This document shows, piece after piece, positions 26,087 to 35,704 of a stretch of 48,107 nt of DNA. This DNA is from a bacterium (GTDB taxonomy: Bacteria; J088; JAWLBW01). The DNA lies in assembly GCA_041690355.1 (NCBI GenBank), contig JAWLHK010000009.1:124001-172107 (forward strand), read 5' to 3'. The notes under the pieces are model-generated. The model was not told where the DNA came from. It ran no database searches and worked only from the letters and a program-made list of their open reading frames with translations. The translations under genes were made by a program, and so were the position numbers. Within the stretch, counting starts at the first letter, position 1; each line of letters opens with the position of its first letter.

Positions 26087-26913
26087 GCCGACCCGGACGC
26101 CTCCGGCTGGCAACGCGGGCAGAAGTACGTGCCGCGCTGGGCCTCGACAGTGCGCACGATGGCGCCCCCGCAGACGGGGCACGGCTCACCTTCGCGCTGG
26201 AAGACCCGCCAGGCGAAGAGTTTCTTCACGGAACGATCGCCGCCCCCGACCCGCTTCTGATCGGGCACGCCCGAACGTTCGGCGACCGCGGCCGCCATCT
26301 CGGATTCGACCGCCCGTTCGAGGCGCTCCCGTTCGGCAGTCGACAGCGAGTGGATCCGGCGCCCGGGATGCAAGCCGGCGCGGAAGAGGATTTCGTCGGC
26401 GTAGATGTTCCCGATCCCCGCGACGACCGTCTGATCGAGCAACGCGGCCTTGATGCTGCGCGCGCCGCGAAGGCCAGCGGCCCAGTCCGGCGGCAGATGC
26501 GGAACCGGTTCGGGTCCGAACTCCTGCTCGTGCGCGCGGCGCTCTTCTTCGCTCCACAGACGGATCCAGCCGAACTTGCGCACGTCCACGAAATGCAGCG
26601 CCGACGGTTCTCCCGCAAGCAACACTGAAACGCGCGTCGCCGCCGGCGGATGCTTCTCGTCACCCGGCCACAGCTGCCCCGTCATCTTGAGGTGGATAGC
26701 GAGCGTGTCGGCATCGAGCCGCAGCAGGATCAGTTTGGCGCGCCGCTCGACGGCGCGAATCGTCTGCCCCGTAATCCGGCGCTGCACGAGCCCGGCCCCC
26801 TGCGGCACCAGACGCTCGCCCCCAGGATGCACCGAAAGCCCGCGGATGCACCGCTTTGTGAGCTGCGGGCGCAGCCAGGCGGCGATGTGTTCGACTTCAG
26901 GTAATTCAGGCAC
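26065..26913 (-). CDS. mutM: Formamidopyrimidine-DNA glycosylase (Fpg/Nei)
   Basis: GTG-PELPEVE N-terminus, HLKMTG, DVRKFG, LLDQ..AGIGNIYADE, C4 zinc finger. Confidence 0.93.
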   Translation of the reverse strand: MPELPEVEHIAAWLRPQLTKRCIRGLSVHPGGERLVPQGAGLVQRRITGQTIRAVERRAKLILLRLDADTLAIHLKMTGQLWPGDEKHPPAATRVSVLLAGEPSALHFVDVRKFGWIRLWSEEERRAHEQEFGPEPVPHLPPDWAAGLRGARSIKAALLDQTVVAGIGNIYADEILFRAGLHPGRRIHSLSTAERERLERAVESEMAAAVAERSGVPDQKRVGGGDRSVKKLFAWRVFQREGEPCPVCGGAIVRTVEAQRGTYFCPRCQPEASGSAQSAKKR

Positions 26914-26998
26914 TTGCAGTTTCTCCAGGCTCAGTGGGCTGCGGGCGCCCGAGCGCACCGATTACGCGCCGCGTCATAGCCTGTGATATCATGACGCC

Positions 26999-27712
26999 AT
27001 GCAGGCGTTACGGAAGGATCTTTACTGGCTTCGGGGACTCGGCGGTTTCATCAATGCCTATCTCTGGCAGGGAGACACCCTTCTCGATGCGGGAGCGCCT
27101 ACCCTGGCGCACGCCTTCTGGTACGAGCTGCGCCGAGGCGGGTTCGACCCGCGCAGCCTGCGCCACGCCATGGTCTCGCACTGCCATGTCGATCATGCCG
27201 GCGGCCTGCAGCATCTGCACCAGCCGCTGGCCGTTCACGGCGCGGCCGACGACCTGGCCGTTCTGCGCGGCGACCGCACGGCGCCGCGCTATCACCCGAC
27301 CTTCGGTTTTCTCGTCGAAGCCGCCGAAGCGCTCATCCCCCGCGCCCGCCTGCATGGCGAGCACGTGACGCATCCGGTCGCCGAGGGAGACGAGGTCAAC
27401 GGCTGGCGGATCATCGCCGCGCCCGGCCACACCCCGGGCAGCGTGCTCTGGTATCAGCCCGAGACGCGCACGGTCTTCGTCGGCGATCTGCTCATCCACC
27501 ACTTCGGATTTCTCCAGGGCCCCTCGCCGCTCTTCACCGAAGACTATGAGCAGGCGGTGGCTTCACTCAGCCGCGTGAAGGAGCTCGAGATCGAACTCGT
27601 TCTCTTCGGCCACGGACGGCCGCTCGCGGTCGACGCCGAGCGCAGACTGCACAGGCTCATCGATCGTCTGCAGACCCGCACCGGCTCGCTCGTGCTCGAC
27701 ACATCCGGCTGA
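26999..27712 (+). CDS. MBL-fold metallo-hydrolase
   Basis: LLDAG, SHCHVDHAGG, PGHTPG, GD, FGHG. Confidence 0.9.
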   Translation: MQALRKDLYWLRGLGGFINAYLWQGDTLLDAGAPTLAHAFWYELRRGGFDPRSLRHAMVSHCHVDHAGGLQHLHQPLAVHGAADDLAVLRGDRTAPRYHPTFGFLVEAAEALIPRARLHGEHVTHPVAEGDEVNGWRIIAAPGHTPGSVLWYQPETRTVFVGDLLIHHFGFLQGPSPLFTEDYEQAVASLSRVKELEIELVLFGHGRPLAVDAERRLHRLIDRLQTRTGSLVLDTSG

Positions 27713-27720
27713 ACCGGACG

Positions 27721-27750
27721 AAAAAAGCCGTCCCCGGGAAGGAACGGCTT
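27721..27750 (-). terminator. Intrinsic terminator after the HesB/IscA gene
   Basis: Minus strand AAGCCGTTCC-TTCCCG-GGGACGGCTT-TTTT. Confidence 0.7.
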
Positions 27751-27787
27751 ATCCGAAAAAAAGAATGGCAGAGAACCGCAGGCGGCG

Positions 27788-28165
27788 TCAGGCGCTGAAC
27801 GACGTCCCGCAGCCGCAGGTCTTGCGTGCGTTCGGATTCGAGAACTTGAAGCCGCCCGTGCCGAGCTGTTCGACATAGTCGATCGTCGTCCCCTGCAGGT
27901 ATGCAGAACTGCGTTCGTCGACCACAACCTTGAGTCCGTCGAACTCAGCCAGAACGTCGCCCGAATGAATCTCATTCGAGAAATCGAGATCGTATTCGAA
28001 TCCGGAGCATCCGCCCCCCTTCACGGCAACGCGCAGGGCATAGCCGTTGAGACTGGCCTTGGCCATCTCGTCTTTGACCACGGCGACCGCCTTCGGGGTC
28101 AGCACGACGGCCTGCGGAGGGGTGGCGGGATCGACTTTGTGAAGCGTGTTCTCGGCAGCGTCCAT
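27788..28165 (-). CDS. HesB/IscA/ErpA A-type Fe-S cluster carrier
   Basis: LRVAVKGGGCSGFEY, GTTIDY, NPNARKTCGCGTSF; alternative TTG start at 28171. Confidence 0.95.
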   Translation of the reverse strand: MDAAENTLHKVDPATPPQAVVLTPKAVAVVKDEMAKASLNGYALRVAVKGGGCSGFEYDLDFSNEIHSGDVLAEFDGLKVVVDERSSAYLQGTTIDYVEQLGTGGFKFSNPNARKTCGCGTSFSA

Positions 28166-28285
28166 GGACAACTCTCCTCGTCCCGCATCCGCGGGCTTCG
28201 TCCAATCATTCTATCGTCTGCCGTCACGCCCCCGCAACCGGATCGGTCGTCGGTCGTCGAGCGCCGGACGCCGGAAAGGCAGGAT

Positions 28286-29647
28286 TCAGGGGAGCATCTT
28301 GGATGGATTGAGGAGGCCGTCGGGATCGAGGGCGCGCTTGACCGCGCGCTGGGCGGCCAGCAGGGCCTCACTCTGCTCCAGCGCAAGATACGGCTTCTTG
28401 GTAAGCCCCACGCCATGCTCTCCGGTAATCGTTCCCCCCAGGCGCACCGTTTCGCTGAAAAGCCGTTCGACTGCATGCTCTACGGCTTCACGCTGGTCTT
28501 CCTGGTTGAAAAGAAAGTTCAGGTGCAGGTTGCCGTCGCCCGCGTGCCCGAAGGCCGCCGTCTCGACGCCGATCTCTTTGCCGAGGGCGCCGAAGAACGC
28601 GACCATCTCAGGGAGGCGGCTGCGGGGCACGACCGCATCTTCGGCGATCTTGAAGCGATAGGTCTCCTTGAGCGCCGGCGACAGCATGCGCCGCGCGCTC
28701 CACAGCTCGCGCCGCTGACGCTCGGTATTCGCGATGCGCACGTCCGAGGCGTCGAGGGCCATGCATTCGGCCGTCACGCGTTCCATCTCGGCCAGCAGAT
28801 CGGCCTCGCGCGGGCCGTCGACCTCGACGATCAGGGCGGCGGCCGCATCGGGGGGGATGGGAACTTCGGCGCGCGGGCGCACGGCCGCCACGCTGGCCGC
28901 ATCGATGTACTCAAGCGTACGGGGCACGATGCCGGCGGCGATGATGCGCGACACGGCCGCCGCCGCATGCTCGGTGGCGGGGAAAAAGGCGAGCGCCGTC
29001 GCGACGAACGGCGGGAGGGGGAGCAGCCCGGTCGTGATCTCGGTCACGATGCCCAGGGTCCCCTCCGAACCGACCATCAGCCCGGTCATGTCGTACCCGG
29101 CCACCCCCTTCACGGTCTGCCGCCCCATGCGCACGCGCTCGCCGTTCATGAGCACGACTTCGAGACCGAGAACGTAATCGCGGGTCACGCCGTACTTGAG
29201 CGCCCGGGGCCCGCCGGCGTTCTCGGCGACATTGCCCCCCATCGTGCAGTAGGCGAGGCTGGCCGGGTCGGGGGGATAGAACAGACCGCGTTCTTCAACG
29301 GTCTGCTGATAGTCGCCCGTGATGACACCGGGCTGCAGCACGCCGATCAGGTTCGCCGGGTCGACCCGCACCGGCCCGTTCATGCGGGCAAGCGAAAGCA
29401 CGATGCCGTTTTCTTCGGGCACGGCGCCGCCGCTCTGCCCGCTGCCCGCCCCGCGCGGCGTGAGGCGGATGCCGCGGGCCGCAGCCCAACGCACAACCCG
29501 CACGACGTCGTCGGCGCTCTGCGCCTCGACCACGGCGAGGGGCAGGCAAGGCGCCGCCACGCTTTCGTCGTGACTGAAGGGGATGAGCAGCTCGGGGTCG
29601 GTGATGACCCGGAGCCCCGCCAGGTCGCGTTCAATACCGGTATTCAT
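28286..29647 (-). CDS. FAD-linked oxidase, GlcD/D-lactate dehydrogenase family
   Basis: RGAGSGQSGG, YPPDPAS, GGNVAENAGG, GSEGTLG, GHAGDGNLH, GEHGVG. Confidence 0.92.
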   Translation of the reverse strand: MNTGIERDLAGLRVITDPELLIPFSHDESVAAPCLPLAVVEAQSADDVVRVVRWAAARGIRLTPRGAGSGQSGGAVPEENGIVLSLARMNGPVRVDPANLIGVLQPGVITGDYQQTVEERGLFYPPDPASLAYCTMGGNVAENAGGPRALKYGVTRDYVLGLEVVLMNGERVRMGRQTVKGVAGYDMTGLMVGSEGTLGIVTEITTGLLPLPPFVATALAFFPATEHAAAAVSRIIAAGIVPRTLEYIDAASVAAVRPRAEVPIPPDAAAALIVEVDGPREADLLAEMERVTAECMALDASDVRIANTERQRRELWSARRMLSPALKETYRFKIAEDAVVPRSRLPEMVAFFGALGKEIGVETAAFGHAGDGNLHLNFLFNQEDQREAVEHAVERLFSETVRLGGTITGEHGVGLTKKPYLALEQSEALLAAQRAVKRALDPDGLLNPSKMLP

Positions 29648-29774
29648 GCGTATTTAGATTGTACGACCTTGTTCCGGATTCCGCAGCCGCGCGGCACCGT
29701 TCCGTGCGCGAAGGCCTCTGCCCGGCGCCGTGAACTGGGGCGGCAGACGCGACGCAAAAAGCGATCCGAATTGC

Positions 29775-29803
29775 TTGACGGGCCGTCTGGTTGGTCTGAT
29801 AAT
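29775..29803 (+). promoter_or_regulatory. Putative sigma70 promoter of the peroxiredoxin gene
   Basis: TTGACG-N17-GATAAT. Confidence 0.55.
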
Positions 29804-29900
29804 GACTGTTTCGCCGCGCGCAGCCGGGATGGTTGTCGCGAAACTGCGCACCCGATTCAAACCGGTTCAAACGTTCCCTGGGAACTCAAAAGGAGAAATC

Positions 29901-30440
29901 ATGGCAGTACAGATTGGCCAGCAGGCCCCCGACTTCAAGATGGACGCCGTCGTCGGCAAGGATTTCAAAGAAGTGAAGCTGAGCGACTACAAGGGCAAGT
30001 GGGTCGTCTTCTTCTTCTATCCGCTCGATTTCACCTTCGTGTGTCCGACCGAAATTCAGGAGTTCTCGAAGCGTTACGAGGAGTTCACCAAGATCGGCGC
30101 CGAAGTCGTCGGCTGCAGCATCGACTCGAAGTTCTCGCACCGCGCGTGGGTCGAAAACGGCCTGGGCGAGCTGCGCTACCCCCTCGCCGCCGACATTACG
30201 AAGCAGGTCAGCCGCGCCTATGACGTGCTGGACGAAGACGCCGGCGTCACCTTTCGCGGGACGTTCATCATCGACCCGAAGGGGGTCCTGCGCTATGCCC
30301 TCAAGCACGACAACAGCATCGGCCGCTCGGTGACCGAAATCCTGCGCAGTGTGCAGGCGATCCAGTATACCGAAGCACACCCCGAACAGGTCTGCCCCGT
30401 CGAGTGGAAGCCCGGCGCCGAGACGCTCAAGCCCGCCTGA
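29901..30440 (+). CDS. ahpC: Typical 2-Cys peroxiredoxin (AhpC/Prx1)
   Basis: [22 protein letters not shown], resolving VCP; SD AAGGAG. Confidence 0.93.
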   Translation: MAVQIGQQAPDFKMDAVVGKDFKEVKLSDYKGKWVVFFFYPLDFTFVCPTEIQEFSKRYEEFTKIGAEVVGCSIDSKFSHRAWVENGLGELRYPLAADITKQVSRAYDVLDEDAGVTFRGTFIIDPKGVLRYALKHDNSIGRSVTEILRSVQAIQYTEAHPEQVCPVEWKPGAETLKPA

Positions 30441-30469
30441 GCGATACGCCGATCGAGACGAAAGCTGCT

Positions 30470-30495
30470 AACCCCCGCTCCTGCGGGGGTTTTTT
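30470..30495 (+). terminator. Intrinsic terminator after the peroxiredoxin gene
   Basis: AACCCCCGC-TCCT-GCGGGGGTT-TTTT. Confidence 0.88.
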
Positions 30496-30750
30496 CTTCC
30501 TGGGCATACTACAAGTTACGACATTTCCCTACACAAGATTATTTGCACGGATCTGGCAATCTTGTTATCGTAATGCCCACAGGGCTCAATGCCCGGAGTG
30601 GGTGGATACCGCGGGTGTGGAATCCGTGCACTTCGAGCAGGTCCGGCCGGGACATCCCCGAACCGGATCCGGCGCCACCGTTTGCGGCCGCGAACCGGCC
30701 GCGAACAGCGTCACCAACGCGCGTCGGCCCCGGAAAACGAGAGGAATTGC

Positions 30751-31539
30751 ATGAGCATGCACGTCCGGGTACTAGGCGCTTACGGGAGCGCACTGCAGGA
30801 GAAACGTCCCTGCGGATTTCTTGTCGATGACACGCTGATGATCGACGGCGGCACCATCAGTTCGGCCGCCGTGAAGGTCGATCTCACGGCCATCGACCAC
30901 GTGCTCATCTCCCACGCCCACCTCGACCACATCAAGGACATCGCTTTTCTTCCCGATCTGATTTTCGGCCAGCGTAAGACCCCGGTCGCGATCTGGGGAA
31001 CCGAAGAGGTGATGGGGGACATTAAAAAGCATCTGTTCAACAACCGGCTCTGGCCCGACTTCACGGTGATCCCGCCCGAAAGTCCCATGGTCTCGCTGAA
31101 CGTGATTCCCCACAAGCAGCCGGTCAAAATCGGCAAGTACACCGTGACGGCGTTCCCGGTCAACCATCCGGTACCGGCCGACGGGTTTCTCATCGACAAC
31201 GGCCACGAAGTGCTCATGTACTCGGGCGATACCGGCGAAACCGATGAAATCTGGGCGGCGGCCGCCGCCGAAGAACGTCTCGGCGCAGTGTTCGTCGAAA
31301 CCGCCTTTCCCAACAACATGCGCGGCGTCGCCGACGTCAGCGGCCACCTCGTACCGGGCCAGCTCCCGACCGAAGTCGGCAAGCTCGGTTCACGCGCGCA
31401 CCGCATCCCGGTGCACGTCTACCACATCAAGCCGCATGTCGAAGCTGAAGTGCGCAAGGAAATCGAAGCCCTGAACATGGCGAACGTGACGCCCGTGGAG
31501 CAGGACGAAGTGATTTCCGTCAGTCTCGTGCGGACCTGA
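30751..31539 (+). CDS. Class II 3',5'-cyclic-nucleotide phosphodiesterase-like (MBL fold)
   Basis: VRVLGAYG, IDGG, SHAHLDHIKD, HLFN..LWPDF, VNHPVP, SGDTG, ETAFPN, SGHL, YHIKP. Confidence 0.8.
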   Translation: MSMHVRVLGAYGSALQEKRPCGFLVDDTLMIDGGTISSAAVKVDLTAIDHVLISHAHLDHIKDIAFLPDLIFGQRKTPVAIWGTEEVMGDIKKHLFNNRLWPDFTVIPPESPMVSLNVIPHKQPVKIGKYTVTAFPVNHPVPADGFLIDNGHEVLMYSGDTGETDEIWAAAAAEERLGAVFVETAFPNNMRGVADVSGHLVPGQLPTEVGKLGSRAHRIPVHVYHIKPHVEAEVRKEIEALNMANVTPVEQDEVISVSLVRT

Positions 31540-31578
31540 ACGGTCCCCGTTTCGTCCGTCCCGCCCCCCGCACGCACT

Positions 31579-31611
31579 GCGCCGCCGGTCCCCCCGACGG
31601 CGCTTTTTTTT
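31579..31611 (+). terminator. Intrinsic terminator
   Basis: GCGCCG...CGGCGC stem followed by T9. Confidence 0.75.
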
Positions 31612-31631
31612 CAGGGTGAGCGCCCGGCCGC

Positions 31632-32666
31632 TCACGCCGCGCGGCGCAGCCAGTCGGCGATGACCGGAAACACCTCTTCACGGGCCCGGCGGCCGAAGAC
31701 CAGGTCGGCGTGCCCGTAGTCGTCGCAGTGGCCGGCCTCGGCACAGAACTCCATGTACCGGCAGCGTTGCGCGTCCATCCGTTCGTAGGCGAGCCGGGCA
31801 TGGGGCGCCGGCACGATGCGATCGCCCCGGCCGGCGAGCACGAGAATCGGCGTCTCGATGCGATGCAGATTATCGCGGTAGGAGAAGGCCCCGTCGGCAG
31901 AGCGGAAGTCGCCCGTGCGCAGCCAGTCGAGAAACTGGGCCAGCACGCCGGGGCACAGATGGGCCGCCGTGTTGTAGAGCGCCCCCTGCAACACGGCCGG
32001 CTCCATGTTGCGCACATTGATCTGCATGCGCACGAGCCCGCTCCCCACGGTGCCGAGCAACGGGGTCAGCAGGCGCTGCACGTGCCCGACCGGCAGCTGC
32101 GGCAGCCTGCGCACGAGCCCTTCGAGAAATGCGATGCCGGCCACCCCCTCGCTGCGCGGGAAGCAGACGGGGGCGGCCAGCGTGATGCCGCTCGCGATCC
32201 GCGACGCATCACCGCGCAGAAGATAGGCGTAGAGCAGCATGCCCCCCATGGAATGCCCGATCCAGTGCACGCGTTCGCTCCCGGTCTGATCGCGAACCAG
32301 ATCGAGGGCCGCCGGCATGTCGAGCAGGGCGTGATCGTCGAACGTCCAGTTCCACCGGCCCTGCGGAACCGTGCTGTCGCCGCACCCGCGCAGATCGACC
32401 AGCCAGCAGTCGTAACCCTGCTCGGCAAGGTACTGCGCGAGACTGGATTCACGCGTCAGATCGAAGTTGAACCGGTTGGCGCCCAGCCCGTGCACGAAGA
32501 GAAGGGGCGCGCGGCTTTGCGCTCCCCCCCGCGGGCGGTAGCGGACCACCGAGAGTTCGACGCCGTCGCTCGTGGGCGCCCGATACGCCTCGTCGGGCTC
32601 GTGCTCGACCGCGTACATCCGGCGAAGCAGAAAGGCGTAAAATCCCAGAAGAAAAATCAACGGCAT
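31632..32666 (-). CDS. Alpha/beta-fold hydrolase (lipase/PhaC-like)
   Basis: VHGLGAN, DLRGCG, GHSMGG nucleophile elbow, GDRIVP, YGHADL. Confidence 0.88.
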   Translation of the reverse strand: MPLIFLLGFYAFLLRRMYAVEHEPDEAYRAPTSDGVELSVVRYRPRGGAQSRAPLLFVHGLGANRFNFDLTRESSLAQYLAEQGYDCWLVDLRGCGDSTVPQGRWNWTFDDHALLDMPAALDLVRDQTGSERVHWIGHSMGGMLLYAYLLRGDASRIASGITLAAPVCFPRSEGVAGIAFLEGLVRRLPQLPVGHVQRLLTPLLGTVGSGLVRMQINVRNMEPAVLQGALYNTAAHLCPGVLAQFLDWLRTGDFRSADGAFSYRDNLHRIETPILVLAGRGDRIVPAPHARLAYERMDAQRCRYMEFCAEAGHCDDYGHADLVFGRRAREEVFPVIADWLRRAA

Positions 32667-32814
32667 GGTCGCGGCTGCAATCTCCCCTCATACGACGGGG
32701 CTGGCCGGCGCAGAGAGATGTCCTGCTTCGAGTATAACAGCCGCGGCGTGGTCGAGGCGGGTGAGCCCTCTCAGGGCGGGCGGCCGAAGGGCTGCGCAGA
32801 AACGGCTACGCGGG

Positions 32815-32850
32815 CTTCGCGGAAGTCTTCGTGGGAGTCTTCGCGGGAGT
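32815..32850. repeat. Three intergenic 12-bp tandem repeats
   Basis: CTTCGCGGAAGT CTTCGTGGGAGT CTTCGCGGGAGT. Confidence 0.8.
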
Positions 32851-32859
32851 CGAGGAACG

Positions 32860-33600
32860 TCAGACGGAGGTGCGCTGGCGCACGGCTTCAAAGATGAGCA
32901 CGGCGGCCGCCGCGCCCACGTTGAGGCTTTCGAAGCGTCCGGGCATCGGGATGGAGAGAATGGCGTCGCAGTTTTCGGCCACGAGCCGGCGCAGCCCTTT
33001 TTCTTCGCCGCCGAGCACGAGGGCGACCTTGCCGCGGAGGTCGGTTTTCCACACCGGCTGGCCGGCCATGTCGGCCCCATAGACCCAGCAGCCGGCCTTC
33101 TTGAGATCGCCCAGGGCCCGCGCCAGGTTCACCACGCGCACGACGGGAATCCGGTCGGCCGCCCCGGCGCTGGCGCGCACGGCGGCCGGGGTGACGCGGG
33201 CGCTGCGATCCTGGGGAATCACGACCGCGTGCGCCCCCGCCGCCGCGGCCGTGCGCAGGATCGCCCCCAGATTGCCGGCGTCGGTCACCGAGTCGAGCAC
33301 GATGACGAGGGCGTCGTCGGCCACCGCGAGATCGGCGAGCACGCGGTTGAAGTCGGCGTAGGCGAACGGGGCGAACAGCGCGACCACGCCCTGGTGGTTG
33401 CCCCCGTGCGCCAGCCGGGCGAGCTCCGGCGCCCCCGCCCGGTGCACGGGAACCCCCTGCGCACGCGCCAGGCGCACGACTTCGCGGCGCTCGGCCGTTT
33501 CATCGCGCACGAAAAGCTGCAGGCAGCGGCGGCCGGCCTGCAGGGCCTCTTCAACCGGGTGAACGCCATAGACGACGTCATGTTCCGTGGGGCGTGCCAT
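32860..33600 (-). CDS. rlmB: 23S rRNA (G2251-2'-O)-methyltransferase
   Basis: VYGVHPVEEAL, NHQGVVA, DAGNLGAILRTA, GGEEKGL, ESLNVGAA. Confidence 0.92.
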   Translation of the reverse strand: MARPTEHDVVYGVHPVEEALQAGRRCLQLFVRDETAERREVVRLARAQGVPVHRAGAPELARLAHGGNHQGVVALFAPFAYADFNRVLADLAVADDALVIVLDSVTDAGNLGAILRTAAAAGAHAVVIPQDRSARVTPAAVRASAGAADRIPVVRVVNLARALGDLKKAGCWVYGADMAGQPVWKTDLRGKVALVLGGEEKGLRRLVAENCDAILSIPMPGRFESLNVGAAAAVLIFEAVRQRTSV

Positions 33601-33623
33601 GAGCGGGAGAATCCTTGCGGCGG

Positions 33624-34364
33624 TCAGCGTTTCAGCGCGGCGGCCACGTCGGCCGCCAGGGCGTCGGCGGCGCCCGCCGGGTCGTCGGTCCGGGTCAGCG
33701 GGCGGCCGACCACCAGGTGGCTCGCGCCGGCAGTGATAGCCTCGCCGGCGGCCATCGTGCGGCGCTGATCGTCGGCCGAGGCCCCCGCCGGACGGATGCC
33801 CGGGGTGACGAGCATGAATCCGGGACGGCACGCGGCCCGCAGCATGGCGGCCTCACGTGCCGAGCAGACGACGCCGTCAAGCCCCGACTCATCGGCAAGG
33901 CGCGCCCAGCGCGAAACCCAGACTTCGGGTTCTCCTTCGAGCCCGACGTCGCGCAGGTCGGCCGCCTCGAGGCTCGTGAGCACGGTCACGGCCACGATCT
34001 TCGGCGCGGCCCGGCCGGCTTCTGCCGCGGCGGCGCGCACGCGGCTCACGGTCTCTTCCATCATGCGCCGCCCGCCGGCCGCGTGAACGTTGAAAAGATC
34101 GACCCCCAGGCGCATGGCCTCGACGCCGGCGGCGGCGACCGTGTTGGGAATGTCGTGGAACTTCAGATCGAGAAAAATGCGGAAGCCGAGGTCACGCAGC
34201 GCGCTCACGACGCCCGGCCCTTCGGCCACGAAGAGCTGCTTGCCCACCTTGGCCCAGCCGACCCGGCCGGCCAGCGGCTTCGCCAGCCGCAGGGCTTCGG
34301 CGGTCGACGACACGTCGAGGGCGACCATCAGCCGCTCGCGGGCGGCCGTCATCAGCGGGCTCAC
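33624..34364 (-). CDS. pyrF: Orotidine-5'-phosphate decarboxylase
   Basis: VALD, KVG, FLDLKFHDIPNTV, VTVLTS, TPGIRP, VVGRP. Confidence 0.97.
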   Translation of the reverse strand: MSPLMTAARERLMVALDVSSTAEALRLAKPLAGRVGWAKVGKQLFVAEGPGVVSALRDLGFRIFLDLKFHDIPNTVAAAGVEAMRLGVDLFNVHAAGGRRMMEETVSRVRAAAAEAGRAAPKIVAVTVLTSLEAADLRDVGLEGEPEVWVSRWARLADESGLDGVVCSAREAAMLRAACRPGFMLVTPGIRPAGASADDQRRTMAAGEAITAGASHLVVGRPLTRTDDPAGAADALAADVAAALKR

Positions 34365-35704
34365 TTCAATTCGGCGGCTTTCTGGACCCGCGCCTGCACT
34401 TCGCGGACCTTGAGAATCAACTGGTCGGCCTCTTCGCGGGGCAGCGCGTTCTTGGCCGTGAAGAGCTGGAAGTTGAGCAGCTCGTTCAGGCCTTCGGCGA
34501 GGATCTGACCCGACATGAGATCGCCCAGACCGGCGATTTTGTCGAACATGCCGCCGCGGGCCATCTTGGTCTCGCGAAAGTTCTTGAGCAGCATGACCTT
34601 GTTCACGAGCCCGTCTTCGCCGATGTTGACGCGCGTGAACAGCTGCTGCAGATTGGGCGAGACCGAACCGAAAAAGGCGTTGAAGGCGTCGCGCACGTCA
34701 AAGTGCACATCCTTCTTCCTGAGGTACTGATAAATGTAGCCGTAGATGCGGTTGTAATCGTCGACGAGTTTCTCGCTCGGGTCGCCGTTGAGCGCCGCAG
34801 ACGCCGCTCCCTGGGCCGCCGTCGAGACTTCGGCGATGCCCATCTTCAGCAGCTCGTAGAAGAGCTTGAAGAGGTTGAACTCACCCACGCCGCTGTGGCG
34901 CATGATGTCGCGCACCGAATTCTTGCCGTCGATGAACTGGAGAATCTTCTCGACCGCAGGCGAAACCTTCTTCTTGGCGAGCACTTCGGCGTTCAGGCGC
35001 AGCACGACGTCGAGGTGCGGTATCTTTTCGCGGATGAGCCCCATCTCGTCGACGCGCCGGAACCCCTCCATGAGCAGATTCTGCGTGTTGAGCGAAAAGC
35101 GCATCAGGTCTTCATCGACCAGTTCGCCCTCGATGAAGTAGAAGAACCCTTCTTTCAGATTGAAGATCGAGTAAACGATCTCTTCAACCTGGTACTTGAT
35201 GGCCCACCAGAGATCCTTCGGGGCCACGTAGTTGTTCTGGATGAGGACGGTGCCGAAGCGCACCTCGGGGGTGATCTTCTTCTCGGCCTCTTCGAGCTTC
35301 TCCTTCGTGATCTTGCCGCTGCGATAGAGAATTGCCCCGAGCCGGTCTTCCGGATCGGTGCTCGATGCGAAAACCACGTCGCCGTTCTTGAAGTAGGCGG
35401 TCTTGCTCCCCTGCTTGTGGTCGATCGTGAGCGCGCCGCTCTTCTGGCCCATGTTGATGACCGAGAGCAGATCGGCGATGCCGAACATGATGATGTCGCC
35501 GCAGAGTGCGATTTCGCCCGTCTTCTCCTTCATGCGCGGACCCGGGCCCTGGCGCACGGTCTCGACCCAGAAGAAGCGGTCGGTCTTGGGCGTGACCTTG
35601 AGCTTGCTCCCCTTCAGCAGATCGTACTTCTTCTGCATCGGACCGGGAAAGCGCAGCACGCCCCCTTCCTGAATCTCGAGGACGATCTCGTTCTTGCCCG
35701 CCAT
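34361..35704 (-). CDS. DUF4388 (PatA-N)-domain protein with AbrB-like N-terminus
   Basis: GDI..FGIADLLSVI...KSGALTI, YFKNGDVVFASS..EDRLG, LKEGFFYF, LLMEGFRRVDE. Confidence 0.8.
   Translation of the reverse strand: MAGKNEIVLEIQEGGVLRFPGPMQKKYDLLKGSKLKVTPKTDRFFWVETVRQGPGPRMKEKTGEIALCGDIIMFGIADLLSVINMGQKSGALTIDHKQGSKTAYFKNGDVVFASSTDPEDRLGAILYRSGKITKEKLEEAEKKITPEVRFGTVLIQNNYVAPKDLWWAIKYQVEEIVYSIFNLKEGFFYFIEGELVDEDLMRFSLNTQNLLMEGFRRVDEMGLIREKIPHLDVVLRLNAEVLAKKKVSPAVEKILQFIDGKNSVRDIMRHSGVGEFNLFKLFYELLKMGIAEVSTAAQGAASAALNGDPSEKLVDDYNRIYGYIYQYLRKKDVHFDVRDAFNAFFGSVSPNLQQLFTRVNIGEDGLVNKVMLLKNFRETKMARGGMFDKIAGLGDLMSGQILAEGLNELLNFQLFTAKNALPREEADQLILKVREVQARVQKAAELK

Noticed and set aside
29797-29815. 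Fur/PerR box over the peroxiredoxin -10 element
   Set aside because: Only the GATAATGA half matches, and that half coincides with the -10 element.
27965-30223. 752-aa plus-strand ORF and other long overlapping ORFs (e.g. 20442-22208, 41916-43982, 43600-45696, 45741-47510, 14194-15681)
   Set aside because: Antisense or off-frame shadows of well-supported genes, expected in high-GC DNA; no recognisable motifs.
32815-32850. CRISPR array (also considered for the repeats at 3450 and 6596)
   Set aside because: The repeats are short and contiguous, with no spacers and no cas genes.
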